DNA of 61,836 bases, the filler included. It is 3 parts of 3 records of this genome, joined end to end, with 100 filler letters (N's around TTAATTAATTAA, not from the genome) between each part and the next. Parts side by side here need not be neighbours in the genome. Positions count along the whole stretch, not along the records: positions 8,931 to 35,743 come from SRR31156797_2946; 2 more parts are not named here. The stretch is one strand, 5' to 3'. Made by a program: the position numbers and the translations under genes. The notes beneath the pieces are model-generated. The model was given only the letters and a program-made list of their open reading frames with translations, did no database searches and had not been told where the DNA came from. Below, one piece after another: positions 18,563 to 28,855 of this stretch. Position 1 is the stretch's first letter. Each line of letters starts with the position of its first letter.

Positions 18563-21500
18563 CTATTTGATGCCGAGCTTCTTCATCCGGAAATGGAGGG
18601 TGGAAGGATTGATTTCGAGAAGCTCGGCCGCCCCGCCCTTGCCCCGGATCTTTCCGTGGGTCTTTTCCAGGGCCCAGAGGATATGGTTGCGCTCGTTCTC
18701 CTTCAGGGTCACTCCGGAAGCGGCCGCGCGGCACTCCTCCTCGGACGCCAGCTGGGGCACCCGGAACACCGGTTCCCGGCTCAGGATGGTGCCCCGTTCC
18801 ATGATGTTTTCGAGTTCCCGGACATTACCGGGCCAGTCATACTTGATCAGCTTTTCCATCTCGCTTTCCGGGATGCCGTCAAAGTGGCGGCCCATTCGCG
18901 ACGAGTAGAGATTGAGAAAATGGTAGGCCAACAGCGGGATATCCTCTTTTCGCTTCCGCAGGGGGGCCATGATAATGGGGAACACATTGAGGCGATAGTA
19001 GAGATCCGCCCGGAACCGGCCCTGGGTCACCTCCTCTTCAAGGTTCTTGTTGGTGGCGGCAATGAGCCGGAAATCGGAATACAGGGTGGTGTTCCCCCCC
19101 ACCCGCTCGAACTCATGGGTCTGGAGGACCCGCAACAGCCGGACCTGGAGATCCTGGGAGATCTCGCCGATCTCGTCCAGGAAGAGGGTGCCGCCGTCCG
19201 CCAGCTCGAACCGGCCGATCCGCCGGCCGATGGCCCCTGAGAACGCGCCCTTTTCGTGGCCGAACAGTTCGCTTGCGATGAGATCCTCGGACAGGGCGCT
19301 GCAGTTCACCTTGACAAAGGGCTTCTCCCGCCGGGGACTCTGGCGATGGATGGCCGTTGCCACAAGCTCCTTTCCCACCCCGGTCTCCCCCAGCACCAGC
19401 ACGGTGGATTCCGTTGCGGCCACCTGCTCGGCCTGGGACAGCACCTTCTTGATCGGCCGGCTCTTGCCGATGATATCGTCGGAGTTGATGCTCTTGTCAT
19501 GCTCCTCCTTGTAGTACGCCTTTTCCTTGCTCAGCTTGGCGTTGAGGCGCTTGATCTCGGCATAGGCCCGGGAGTTGTCCAGGGCAAAGGTGGCCAGGGC
19601 CGCAAAATAGTCCAGGATGGCCATGTCCGATTCCTGGAAGGCGGCACTCAGGATCCGGTTGTCGTGGTAGAGGGCCCCCACCACCCGGTCCAGCAGCACC
19701 AGGGGCACACAGATCCGGGAGCGAATGGTTTCGTTGGAAAAGAAATTGGCCTCCTCCTCCCCCTCGCTCTCCCTGATGACCCCTTTTCCGGTTTTCACCA
19801 CCTCTTCGATCATGGCCATGGAAGAGGCGAAATCGGGATGCTCGATCTGGGCCGGGGTGATGTTCTTTGAGGCCCGGAGCCGGAGCCGGGGCCGTTTTCC
19901 CCGCTCATCCAGGAGAAACAGCGCGCCCCGTTCGGCCCCGGTCATCTTGTTGACCGTGGTGATCACCTTTTTCACCAGGTTGATATCGTTGGCAATGTAA
20001 AAGATCTCGGTGCCGATCTTCAGTATCTTCTTGAGAAACGCCTCGTTCCGGGGATGGTGATCCAATACAAGGGAACGCAGGGCATCGGGCACGATCTCCT
20101 CGTTATAGGGGGCCACCACCTCATGGGCCCTGCGGGTCAGCTTTTTTGCTTTATCCGTGTTGTCCAGCATGAGATGCACCCGGGCCAACTCGATCCGGGA
20201 ACGGGCCAGGGCAAACTTATGGCCCGACTGTTTCAGATATTTGATGGACCGCCCCAGGCCGCTCATCACCTGGACAACGGGCTTTCCCTGCTTCTTGCCG
20301 AGCAGGGCCTGGTAGCGGTAGGCGATCCCCTTCATGAAAATGTTGGTGTCCCGGAGCTTGCTCTCGATCTCCTCCTCCAAAGAAACCCCTTCGATCCGGG
20401 GCAGCTCCCCCTCTTCCATGGCCCACAACAGGACCATGAGATAGGGATAGGGGGTCTGGGAGATCTGCCATTTCCTGGAAACCTCCAGGTACTCCTTCAG
20501 GTAAGCAAGACAGCGATCTTTGCGATTTTGCAGGTAATAGGCAAAGGCAAACATGATCCGGGTGTTCATGTAGACCCAGTCGTTGCGAATCGCCTTGGCC
20601 TCCCGGTCCGCATGGTCCAGGTGGACCAGGGCATCGTCCACCCGTCGCAGGTCCAGCATGATGCTGCCGATGTTGCCGGCGGCATAGGAGGCAAGATCCA
20701 GATCCCCCCGCTCCAGGCAGTGGTTCCGGATCACGTCGAACATGCCGAGCCCCTGGGTGACCTGGCCCGTATTGTAATAGCAGTATCCCACGGTGATGGC
20801 TGCCAACAGAGGGAACTGGCCCATGGGGATCTTATCCACGTCGGGCACCACCTTCTCAAAGCTCTTGATCGCTTCGGTGAACCGCCCCTGCCAGTATAGA
20901 AAAAAGGAACTGAAGGTGGTGGCGGACCGGATCAGGGCCGGATCGCCCAGTTCATTGGCCAGCTGCCACCCGGACTCGTAATGCTCGAGGGCCTTGGCAT
21001 GGTCGGATCGCAGCCATTCAAATTTGGCGATATGCATCTGCAACAGGGCGGAGGACTTGCGATGGTCCCATTTTTTCGCCCGGACAAGGCCCTGGTGCAG
21101 CTTCTCGAGGTTCTTCTGGGTATCGTGCTTGGCCGTGCACACCTTGGAGTACTTGACGGCGGTATCGGCATAGAGGATGCAGGCCTCCTTGCCCTGCACG
21201 GCATCGAGATCCCGGAGCACCTTGTCATAGCATTGGAACGCTTCTTCGTTTTTATACCCCTTGAGATAGAGATCACCGGCCTGGACAAGGCAACGGCAGC
21301 CCTTGATATCGTTTTCGGTGTGGAGAAGATGGTGGGCCAGGACCTGGGGCTTGGCCTCCTCTTCCGGGTACTCCCGTAAAAGCAGGTCCACGATTTTCCG
21401 GTGAAGGGCCCGGCGCTCCGGAGCGGAGAACCGCTTCTTCAGTACCTGTTGCCCCCCGTCGCCGGTCAGGGCGTAGATCCCGGCGCCGCGGTTGGCCATT

Positions 21501-21685
21501 CTGCCGTTTTCCACCTCGGCCTCCAGGATGGAGAGAATCCGGGTCACCTTCAGCCCGGTCAGCTCCACCAGCCAGTCGATGGAGAAATCCCGCTGGAAAA
21601 AAGCGGCGATGGCGACAAGATCCCCATGGGCCGTCCCGGCCTTCTTTTTTGAATCATTCAGCTTGGCAAGATCAACATCGGACAT
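18563..21685 (-). CDS. Sigma54-dependent enhancer-binding protein (TPR-like N-term + GAF + AAA+ + Fis HTH)
   Basis: [88 protein letters not shown]. Start taken at ATG 21685. Confidence 0.95.
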   Translation of the reverse strand: MSDVDLAKLNDSKKKAGTAHGDLVAIAAFFQRDFSIDWLVELTGLKVTRILSILEAEVENGRMANRGAGIYALTGDGGQQVLKKRFSAPERRALHRKIVDLLLREYPEEEAKPQVLAHHLLHTENDIKGCRCLVQAGDLYLKGYKNEEAFQCYDKVLRDLDAVQGKEACILYADTAVKYSKVCTAKHDTQKNLEKLHQGLVRAKKWDHRKSSALLQMHIAKFEWLRSDHAKALEHYESGWQLANELGDPALIRSATTFSSFFLYWQGRFTEAIKSFEKVVPDVDKIPMGQFPLLAAITVGYCYYNTGQVTQGLGMFDVIRNHCLERGDLDLASYAAGNIGSIMLDLRRVDDALVHLDHADREAKAIRNDWVYMNTRIMFAFAYYLQNRKDRCLAYLKEYLEVSRKWQISQTPYPYLMVLLWAMEEGELPRIEGVSLEEEIESKLRDTNIFMKGIAYRYQALLGKKQGKPVVQVMSGLGRSIKYLKQSGHKFALARSRIELARVHLMLDNTDKAKKLTRRAHEVVAPYNEEIVPDALRSLVLDHHPRNEAFLKKILKIGTEIFYIANDINLVKKVITTVNKMTGAERGALFLLDERGKRPRLRLRASKNITPAQIEHPDFASSMAMIEEVVKTGKGVIRESEGEEEANFFSNETIRSRICVPLVLLDRVVGALYHDNRILSAAFQESDMAILDYFAALATFALDNSRAYAEIKRLNAKLSKEKAYYKEEHDKSINSDDIIGKSRPIKKVLSQAEQVAATESTVLVLGETGVGKELVATAIHRQSPRREKPFVKVNCSALSEDLIASELFGHEKGAFSGAIGRRIGRFELADGGTLFLDEIGEISQDLQVRLLRVLQTHEFERVGGNTTLYSDFRLIAATNKNLEEEVTQGRFRADLYYRLNVFPIIMAPLRKRKEDIPLLAYHFLNLYSSRMGRHFDGIPESEMEKLIKYDWPGNVRELENIMERGTILSREPVFRVPQLASEEECRAAASGVTLKENERNHILWALEKTHGKIRGKGGAAELLEINPSTLHFRMKKLGIK

Positions 21686-21851
21686 GGGAGAGTTCCTGTT
21701 GTACTTGTTCTGATGGACTGAATAAAACCAATTGCGAAACAAGGTGAATAATTTTGTGTAGCACATCAGTGAATTGATTGCAAATCGGATTTATAAATTC
21801 TTTTCAGTTAATAAACAATCGTAACAGAAACGAAATATTCGTTTTTTATTC

Positions 21852-21891
21852 TTGACACGCCCTTCCGAACCCGATAGTGATTTTTACTATC
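21852..21891 (+). promoter_or_regulatory. Sigma70-type promoter with overlapping palindromic operator
   Basis: TTGACA (21852)-17 bp-TAGTGA. The inverted repeat GATAGTGA-TTT-TTACTATC (21873-21891) covers the -10. Confidence 0.55.
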
Positions 21892-22049
21892 ACACACTGA
21901 ACATTACAACGGGCCACGACACACGCGTCAGCAAGACCGGGACGGATCGCGACAAGGGGACAACCCTTGGATTTCACGATCAAACCCCGGTTTCATTACA
22001 AATCGTAACCAGACAAAAAAACACAATTTCGTCCAAAGGAGACAGAACA

Positions 22050-23858
22050 ATGGCAGACCTGGTAGCAGATCGTCGTGATGTTGAATTTGTCCTGTTTGAC
22101 CAGCTCAAGGCGGAGCAGCTCACCGCCAGTGAGCGATACAGCGATTTCAACAAGAAAATCTTTGACATGATCATCAAGGAAGCAAGGAATTTCGGAATCA
22201 GGGAAATCCTGCCCACCTACATGGAGGGGGACCGGCAGGGGGTCACCTATGACGAGGGCGCGGTCAGGCCGCCCGAGTGCTTTCGCAAACCCTATGAACG
22301 CCTCAAAGCGGCGGAATGGACCGCCATGACGGAAGATATCGAATACGGGGGACAGGGACTGCCCGAGCTGATCGCCACTGCGGTCCATGAGTATATCACG
22401 GGCATCAACTTCGCCTTTGCCAGTTACTCCCACCTGGGCCACGGCACCGGCAAGATGATCGAGCTCTTTGGCACGGAAAAGCAAAAACAACTCTTCCTGA
22501 AGAACCTCTACACCGCCCACTGGGGCGGCACCATGCTGCTGACCGAACCCCAGGCCGGCAGTGACGTGGGGGCGTTGACCACCACGGCCCGGAGAAACCC
22601 CGACGGCACCTACACCCTCACGGGCAACAAGATCTTCATCACCGCGGGCGAGCATGACCTTGCCGAAAACATCATCCACCCGGTGCTGGCCCGGATAGAG
22701 GGGGCCCCGGCCGGCACCAAGGGCATCTCCCTCTTTATCGTGCCCAAGTTCTGGGTCAATGACGACGGCAGCCTGGGCAAACGGAACGACATCTTCTGCA
22801 CCGGGGTGGAGGAGAAGATGGGCCTCCACGGCAGCGCCACCTGCAGCATGGCCCTGGGAGAGAACTGCCGGGGGATGCTGCTTGGCGAAGAGAACCAGGG
22901 CATGAAGGTGATGTTCCACATGATGAACGAAGCCCGCCTCGGGGTGGGCCTCCAGGCGTTTACCCACGCCTCCAACGCCTATCTCTATGCCTTGAACTAC
23001 GCAAAGGACCGGCTCCAGGGCCGGGCGCTGGAGCAGATACTGGAGCCTGACGCCCCCCAGGTGGCCATCATCAACCATCCGGACGTGCGGCGAATGCTTC
23101 TGGAGATGAAGGCCTATGTGGAGGGCATGCGCAGCTTCACCTATTATATCGCCTCCTGCTTCGACCATGTCAAAACCGCCGGGTCCGATGAAGACAAGGC
23201 CTTTCACCAGGATATGATCGAGCTGTTGACACCGGTGCTCAAGACCTACAACAGCAACAAGGGGTTTGAGGTGTGCATCAAGGCCATGCAGGTCCACGGC
23301 GGCGCCGGCTACACCAAGGACTATCCCGTGGAACAGCTGGCCCGGGACTGCAAGATCGCCTCCATCTACGAGGGCACCGACGGTATCCAGGCCATGGATC
23401 TGGTGGGCCGGAAGCTGGGCATGAAACAGGGCAAGGCGTTCCTGGACTTCATCCGGACCATCAACCAAACCGTTGACCAGGCAAGGGAGTTTGAACCCCT
23501 CAAGCCCCTGGCGGAAAAGATGGATCCCCTTTTAACGGCGTTCTCCGAAACCGTGGCCTTCATGGGCGAAAACCTCTTCTCCCCCCGTTTCAAGACGGTG
23601 TTCGGCCATTCCGTGCCCCTCCTGGAGGTGATGGGGGATGTGGTCATGGCCTGGATGCTGCTGTGGCGTGCGAATATTGCCGCCACCCGCCTCAATAACG
23701 GGGCAAAGAAAAAGGATCTTGATTTCTACGATGGGCAGATCAAGACCGCCGACTATTTCATCAACAATATCCTTCCCGTGACCCATGGCAAGATCGCCGC
23801 CATCAAAGGCTTCGGCAATGCCGCCATTGAGATCACGGACAAGGGCCTGGGCGCCTAG
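22050..23858 (+). CDS. Acyl-CoA dehydrogenase (~600-aa long type)
   Basis: GTMLLTEPQAGSDVG, GNKIFIT, GTKGISLF, EEKMGLHGSAT, QVHGGAGY, IYEGTDGIQAMDL. ATG 22050 behind AAGGAG. Confidence 0.95.
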   Translation: MADLVADRRDVEFVLFDQLKAEQLTASERYSDFNKKIFDMIIKEARNFGIREILPTYMEGDRQGVTYDEGAVRPPECFRKPYERLKAAEWTAMTEDIEYGGQGLPELIATAVHEYITGINFAFASYSHLGHGTGKMIELFGTEKQKQLFLKNLYTAHWGGTMLLTEPQAGSDVGALTTTARRNPDGTYTLTGNKIFITAGEHDLAENIIHPVLARIEGAPAGTKGISLFIVPKFWVNDDGSLGKRNDIFCTGVEEKMGLHGSATCSMALGENCRGMLLGEENQGMKVMFHMMNEARLGVGLQAFTHASNAYLYALNYAKDRLQGRALEQILEPDAPQVAIINHPDVRRMLLEMKAYVEGMRSFTYYIASCFDHVKTAGSDEDKAFHQDMIELLTPVLKTYNSNKGFEVCIKAMQVHGGAGYTKDYPVEQLARDCKIASIYEGTDGIQAMDLVGRKLGMKQGKAFLDFIRTINQTVDQAREFEPLKPLAEKMDPLLTAFSETVAFMGENLFSPRFKTVFGHSVPLLEVMGDVVMAWMLLWRANIAATRLNNGAKKKDLDFYDGQIKTADYFINNILPVTHGKIAAIKGFGNAAIEITDKGLGA

Positions 23859-23878
23859 CCCCTGCCCTGCCCCGAGGG

Positions 23879-23911
23879 TCAATATGTTGACCCCCATGAT
23901 CAGCATATTGA
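23879..23911. promoter_or_regulatory. Tandem palindromic enhancer (UAS)
   Basis: TCAATATGTTGA (23879-23890) and TCAGCATATTGA (23900-23911). The first is the exact reverse complement of 16342-16353. Confidence 0.72.
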
Positions 23912-23976
23912 TCCTCGGGTTTTCCCCACACCGCTCCACACAACTCAACCAACCGGAATAATTCAACCTTCTTCCT

Positions 23977-23992
23977 TGGCACCCCCCTTGCA
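23977..23992 (+). promoter_or_regulatory. Sigma54 (-24/-12) promoter
   Basis: TGGCAC-CCCCC-TTGCA, perfect consensus, about 75 nt upstream of ATG 24067. Confidence 0.9.
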
Positions 23993-24066
23993 ATAGCATT
24001 GGGAAAAGTCCAGTGTGTGTCGTGATCCCAAATAATCGCAAGCCATTTAAAAATAAAGGAGGAAGT

Positions 24067-25659
24067 ATGAAAGCAAAAGAGTCCTATGATGTTGTTATCG
24101 TCGGTTCAGGCATTGGCGGCTGCGGCGCGGCCGCCCTTCTGGCCAAAGACCATGGCAAAAGCGTACTGGTGCTGGAAAAATCCCCGTTCATCGGTGGTCG
24201 GGTGGCCTCCTATACCGGCAAGGGAGACAAGGTCGTCATCGACGGCCAGGAACTGGACCACCGGGGATTCGTCAAATCCCTCACCGACACCCGGTGCTGG
24301 GTCTCCCATTGCGAGCCCGACCTGAAGACCATGTTCCAGAAGGGCCTCCTGGACGGCTACACCTTTGAGAACGGCGGCCACGGCCTTTTCTGGGGCAACA
24401 AATCCCGGTGCCGGCTGCTCCTGGACCACCTGAACAAGCCCGTTGACATGCCGGTCAACGAGGGCCTGGCCTTTGTGGACGCCCGGAACTTCGACATGTA
24501 CCAGGTGCCGGCACGGGCACCCTATCCCTGGCAGTCCGAGGAAGGGTTCAAGAAGACCCTGGCCGCCCTCAAGCAGATGGGAATGCTCTCCATGGAGGAG
24601 TGCGCAGCCGCCATGGAGATCGATGTCCAGACCTGGCTCGAAAGAAGGGGGCTGACCGACAACGAGGAGGCCTACGACTATATCAAGGTGGTCATGGCCT
24701 GCCAGAACGCCATGGCGGAACCCAAGATGGCCCCGGCCGGGGATTTTCTCGGCTACATGGCCATGGCCCGGGACATCAAGATGAATCTTCATACGGGATC
24801 GGTGGCCACCATTGCCGAGCCCGGATGCCTGGCCATCCCCCTTGCCATGGAACAGGCCCTGAACGAAGCCGGCGGCGAGGTGAGGCGCAACACCCCCGTG
24901 GAAGAGATCGTGGTTGAAAACGGCAAGGCCGTGGGCGTGATCATCCGCAGTGCCGAGGGAAAACTCGAGTTCATCGCCGCGGACAAGGTGATCTGCAACA
25001 TTCCGCCCAAGCACATCTTCAACGTCCTCCATCCCCGCCACTTCCCGTCGGACTGGGTGGATCTTCTCCAGAACAAGTTCTGGTCCCCAGGGCTTCTGTC
25101 CGCCTTCATCGGCATCAAGAACAATGTGTGGGACGAGTTTGAGATCAACGAGAAGAGCTTTGTCTGGATGCCGGGCATCATCAAGGACGAAGGCTATATC
25201 GGCGCCGTTGACATGGTGATGTGGAACATGGCGGCCTGCGCCAAGCGCGCCCCCGAGGGCAAGCGGGACTACATCTTCTCCACCGCCCTCACCGACAAGG
25301 AGATGCGCGATCCCAGGAAGGTCAAGCGGGTGATCAACTACTGCATGGACTGGTTCAAACGAACGTTCAAGGGATTTGAGGAGAACGTGGAGTTCGTCCT
25401 GTGGACACCGTCCGACGAAGCCTACGGCAACTGGCGGCCCGTCGGGGAGAAGCGGCCCGACATCCGAAGCCCATATGTGGACTCCCTCTTCTTCGTGGGC
25501 GACCAGTATGGTGAGAGAATGTGGGGCGGCGGCGTGGACGGCGCCTCCCTCTGCGCGGTCATGGTGGTGGATGAGATCATGGGCAGTGAAGTGGAGTTCG
25601 AAATCTATCCCAAATACCACCAGGGGATCCCCAAGACCGACTCGACCTGGGAACTGTGA
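24067..25659 (+). CDS. CrtI/phytoene-dehydrogenase-like FAD-dependent oxidoreductase
   Basis: YDVVIVGSGIGGCGAAALLA...VLEKSPFIGGR, GGEVRRNTPVEEIVVENGKAVGV, SPYVDSLFFVGD. AAAGGAGG RBS before ATG 24067. Confidence 0.88.
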   Translation: MKAKESYDVVIVGSGIGGCGAAALLAKDHGKSVLVLEKSPFIGGRVASYTGKGDKVVIDGQELDHRGFVKSLTDTRCWVSHCEPDLKTMFQKGLLDGYTFENGGHGLFWGNKSRCRLLLDHLNKPVDMPVNEGLAFVDARNFDMYQVPARAPYPWQSEEGFKKTLAALKQMGMLSMEECAAAMEIDVQTWLERRGLTDNEEAYDYIKVVMACQNAMAEPKMAPAGDFLGYMAMARDIKMNLHTGSVATIAEPGCLAIPLAMEQALNEAGGEVRRNTPVEEIVVENGKAVGVIIRSAEGKLEFIAADKVICNIPPKHIFNVLHPRHFPSDWVDLLQNKFWSPGLLSAFIGIKNNVWDEFEINEKSFVWMPGIIKDEGYIGAVDMVMWNMAACAKRAPEGKRDYIFSTALTDKEMRDPRKVKRVINYCMDWFKRTFKGFEENVEFVLWTPSDEAYGNWRPVGEKRPDIRSPYVDSLFFVGDQYGERMWGGGVDGASLCAVMVVDEIMGSEVEFEIYPKYHQGIPKTDSTWEL

Positions 25660-25697
25660 TACCCGCTTTTTAACCACCATCAAATCAGGAGCGACCA

Positions 25698-27131
25698 ATG
25701 GGTTTAATGACACCCCAGCAATATAAAGACAGCTTGAACGACGGCCGGGTCGTCTACTACAAGGGCGAACGGGTGGAGAACGTGACCACCCACCCCGACC
25801 TCAGACGATGTGCGGACCTCATGGCCCTGGACTATGAGATGGCCGAGGATCCCCGGTACAGGGACATCGCCGTGATGGCCGATCCCGCCACGGGACAGGA
25901 GATCAGCCGCTACTACCACAAACCGGCCAATGCCGAGGACCTGCTCAAGGCCTATGAGCTGATCGTCAAGGCCACGGAGCTCGGGGACGGCTACATTCCC
26001 CTTGCCCACGACATCGGGGCCGACGCCCTCAACGCCATCAGCATCACCACCCACAACATGGGAGAGGCGGGCAAGGCGTACCACCAGCGGATCGAGGCCT
26101 ACCGCCAGCATCTCAAGGACACGGACATCGCCACCTGCGCCGGGGTCACCGACGTCAAGGGCAACCGGATGCTCCGGCCCTCGGACCCGAAACAGAGCCA
26201 TCCCGACTTTTACGTCCGGAAAGTGAAAGAGACCCCCGAGGGAATCATCGTCCGGGGGGCCAAGGTGCACATCACCGGCGCTGCCTACTGCAACGATATC
26301 TTTGTGATCCCCTGCCGCCAGATGACGGAAAACGATGCCGATTATGCCGTGGCCTTCAGCATTCCGGCCAACACCCCGGGCATCAAGCAGATCTGCCGAC
26401 CCTTTACCGCCCATATCAGCCCCCTGGAGTTTCCCAACACCCGGCCGGTCCGGGTCCACACCGACTCCCTCATCGTGTTTGACGACGTGCTGGTCCCCTG
26501 GGACCGGGTATTCCTGAACGGCGAATGGGAGCACGCCGCCACCATGGTCTACAACTTCGCCCTGATGCACCGGCGGACGGGCTGCGCCTACCGGGTACCC
26601 ATGAGCGAGCAGTTCCTGGGCCTGGGCGCGGCCATCGCCGAGTACAACGGCATTGCCAACGCCCCCCATGTGAAGGAGAAGCTCACGGAACTGGTGCTCT
26701 ATCTCGAGACCCTGAGATCCCTTTCCAAGGCGGCCTGCTACGACTTTGTGATGCACGGGGACGTTGCCGTGCCCAACCCCGTGTCCACCAACATCGCCAA
26801 GTACCACTTTGCCACCCAATACCATGATGTGGTGCGGATCATCCAGGACCTTGCCGGGGGCCTCCTTGTGACAGCCCCCACCTACAAGGATTATAAAAAC
26901 CCGGATCTCCATGACGACATCGAAAAGTACCTGGGGGGCAACAGCGCCGTCTCCACCCAGAAACGGCTCAGGATGTTCGACCTGATCCGCAGGCTCACCT
27001 CGGCGGATCTGGAAACCATTGCCCTCCATGGCGAAGGCTCTCCCTTTGGCCAGCGCATGACCGTGCTCATGGAGGCCCGCCACATCATCCGGAAATGCAA
27101 GAAAATCGCCGAAGAGCTGGCCGAGGTGTGA
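25698..27131 (+). CDS. 4-hydroxyphenylacetate 3-hydroxylase / 4-hydroxybutyryl-CoA dehydratase family flavoprotein
   Basis: YKDSLNDGRVVYYKGERVENVTTHP, TDVKGNR, GIIVRGAKVHIT, VFDDVLVPWDRVF, QDLAGG, LHGEGSP. Confidence 0.88.
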   Translation: MGLMTPQQYKDSLNDGRVVYYKGERVENVTTHPDLRRCADLMALDYEMAEDPRYRDIAVMADPATGQEISRYYHKPANAEDLLKAYELIVKATELGDGYIPLAHDIGADALNAISITTHNMGEAGKAYHQRIEAYRQHLKDTDIATCAGVTDVKGNRMLRPSDPKQSHPDFYVRKVKETPEGIIVRGAKVHITGAAYCNDIFVIPCRQMTENDADYAVAFSIPANTPGIKQICRPFTAHISPLEFPNTRPVRVHTDSLIVFDDVLVPWDRVFLNGEWEHAATMVYNFALMHRRTGCAYRVPMSEQFLGLGAAIAEYNGIANAPHVKEKLTELVLYLETLRSLSKAACYDFVMHGDVAVPNPVSTNIAKYHFATQYHDVVRIIQDLAGGLLVTAPTYKDYKNPDLHDDIEKYLGGNSAVSTQKRLRMFDLIRRLTSADLETIALHGEGSPFGQRMTVLMEARHIIRKCKKIAEELAEV

Positions 27132-27215
27132 CCGATAGCTGTTCGCACCCGAATTGATGCCTGATTCACCTGCATGGAAATAAAAACGGGGCGTGATTCA
27201 GATGCGAGGAGCCTT

Positions 27216-27254
27216 AGGATCCCGGGCGGGCCGATCCCGCCGCCCGGGATTCCT
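27216..27254 (+). terminator. GC-rich stem-loop after the HpaB-family gene
   Basis: AGGATCCCGGGCGG-loop-CCGCCCGGGATTCCT, with no clear U-tract. Confidence 0.4.
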
Positions 27255-27502
27255 GGTCCCTGGTCCCAAAAAACCTTCACGGCCGATAAACCCGTCAGAA
27301 AGCGGTTGCCTGCTTCAAATCATGAAAAAAAGGCAAACCGTAAAGCCCGGTCCCACGACCGGGCTGAGAGTGCTGCGGCATGTCCGCAGCCACCATTGAA
27401 CCTTCGCAAATAAAAAGAGATCCCAAGGAAAGGTCCGCCCCGGGCGGGCCGTATGCTCAGAACTTCTCTATCATCGTAAAACACAACGAAAAGGAGAGAA
27501 AA

Positions 27503-28855
27503 ATGATGCTAAAGAGAACACTTGGATGTTTATTGGCGACCGCTTTCTTTTCAATTTTCACGGCAGTTTCCGTCTGCCATGGCGCGGCCTTTGCGCTGCT
27601 GGAATGGAGCGCCAGGGGAGAAGCCCTGGGGGCCGGCATGATCGCCCGGGCCGACGACCCGTCCGCCGTGGCGTACAACCCGGCCGGCATCACCCAGCTG
27701 AAGGGGTACAATTTCCAGACCACCAGCACCATGGTAACGGTGCAAAGCACGGTGCACACGCGGAACATCTACGACGGGTCCTGGGACAGCACGTCCAATG
27801 AACGGGATTACCATGTGCTGCCCACCGCCTATGTCACGGCCCAGATGAGTGAAAAAGTCTATCTGGGATTTGGGGCCTTCACCCGGTTCGGCCTGGGGGT
27901 CGACTGGGAAGATCAATGGCCCGGCCGATACAGCACCACCAGCGCCGAGCTCAAATGCTTTTCCGGGAACGCCAGCCTGGCCTACAAGGTCACGGACACC
28001 TTTTCCGTGGCCGCAGGAATCGAGGCCATCACCGCGGATGTCACCCTGGAGAACACCCTGGACGCCACCCGGATCTTCCACGCCACCGGCCAGACAGCCG
28101 CACTTGAGGCCATGGGGCTGTCCACAACGGTCAATGATCCCAGCACCAACTTCCTGGATGTCCAGCACAAGCTGGAGGGAGATGCCACGGAACTGGGCTA
28201 TAACCTGGCCCTCCATTACAAACCCTCCGACCGGATCGCCGTGGGCGTCTCCTACCGCAGCCGGGTGACCTTCAAGGCCGACGGCAAGGCCACCTTTGAA
28301 AAATCCCCCACCGTGGAAGCCCTGCCCCTTCCCGGCTACCTCTATTCCACCACGGATTTCAAGTCTGAAATAACGGTGCCGGACATGCTCTTCACCGGCA
28401 TCCTGTACAAGCCCAGAAAGGACCTGACCCTGGAGTTCACCACCCTCTGGACCAACTTTTCCGTCTACGACAAACTGAAATTCGTCTATGACACCCCCGC
28501 CATCGGGGTGGACACGGCAACCATGGCCAAGAACTACAGCGACACCTGGCGGCTGGGCCTCAGCGCCGAGTGGAACGTGAAACCCTGGCTGGCCCTCAGG
28601 GCGGCCTATGTGTATGATGAGTCCCCCATTGACGAGAATCACACCGACTACCTCTGCCTGGACAACGACCGCAACATGTTCAGTATCGGAGCCGGCTATA
28701 AAAAGAACCGGTTTGAATGCGACCTGGGCTACATGTACATCCTGTTCGATGACCTGGATACCGACTCCCGCCAGGTCCAGGATGGATTCCTCCAGACAAA
28801 CTACCGGGATGCCGAAGCCCACATCCTCGGCTTCAACATCTCCTACACCTTTTAG
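27503..28855 (+). CDS. FadL/OmpP1/TodX-family outer-membrane transporter for hydrophobic substrates
   Basis: Signal peptide, AAFALLEWSARGEALGAG...ADDPSAVAYNPAGITQL (NPA motif), terminal ISYTF. AAGGAG RBS before ATG 27503. Confidence 0.92.
   Translation: MMLKRTLGCLLATAFFSIFTAVSVCHGAAFALLEWSARGEALGAGMIARADDPSAVAYNPAGITQLKGYNFQTTSTMVTVQSTVHTRNIYDGSWDSTSNERDYHVLPTAYVTAQMSEKVYLGFGAFTRFGLGVDWEDQWPGRYSTTSAELKCFSGNASLAYKVTDTFSVAAGIEAITADVTLENTLDATRIFHATGQTAALEAMGLSTTVNDPSTNFLDVQHKLEGDATELGYNLALHYKPSDRIAVGVSYRSRVTFKADGKATFEKSPTVEALPLPGYLYSTTDFKSEITVPDMLFTGILYKPRKDLTLEFTTLWTNFSVYDKLKFVYDTPAIGVDTATMAKNYSDTWRLGLSAEWNVKPWLALRAAYVYDESPIDENHTDYLCLDNDRNMFSIGAGYKKNRFECDLGYMYILFDDLDTDSRQVQDGFLQTNYRDAEAHILGFNISYTF

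Noticed and set aside
27329-27400. Confident c-di-GMP-I riboswitch call
   Set aside because: Only GGCAAACC matches; the GAAA-tetraloop stem and downstream consensus are absent. Kept only as a low-interest structured region.
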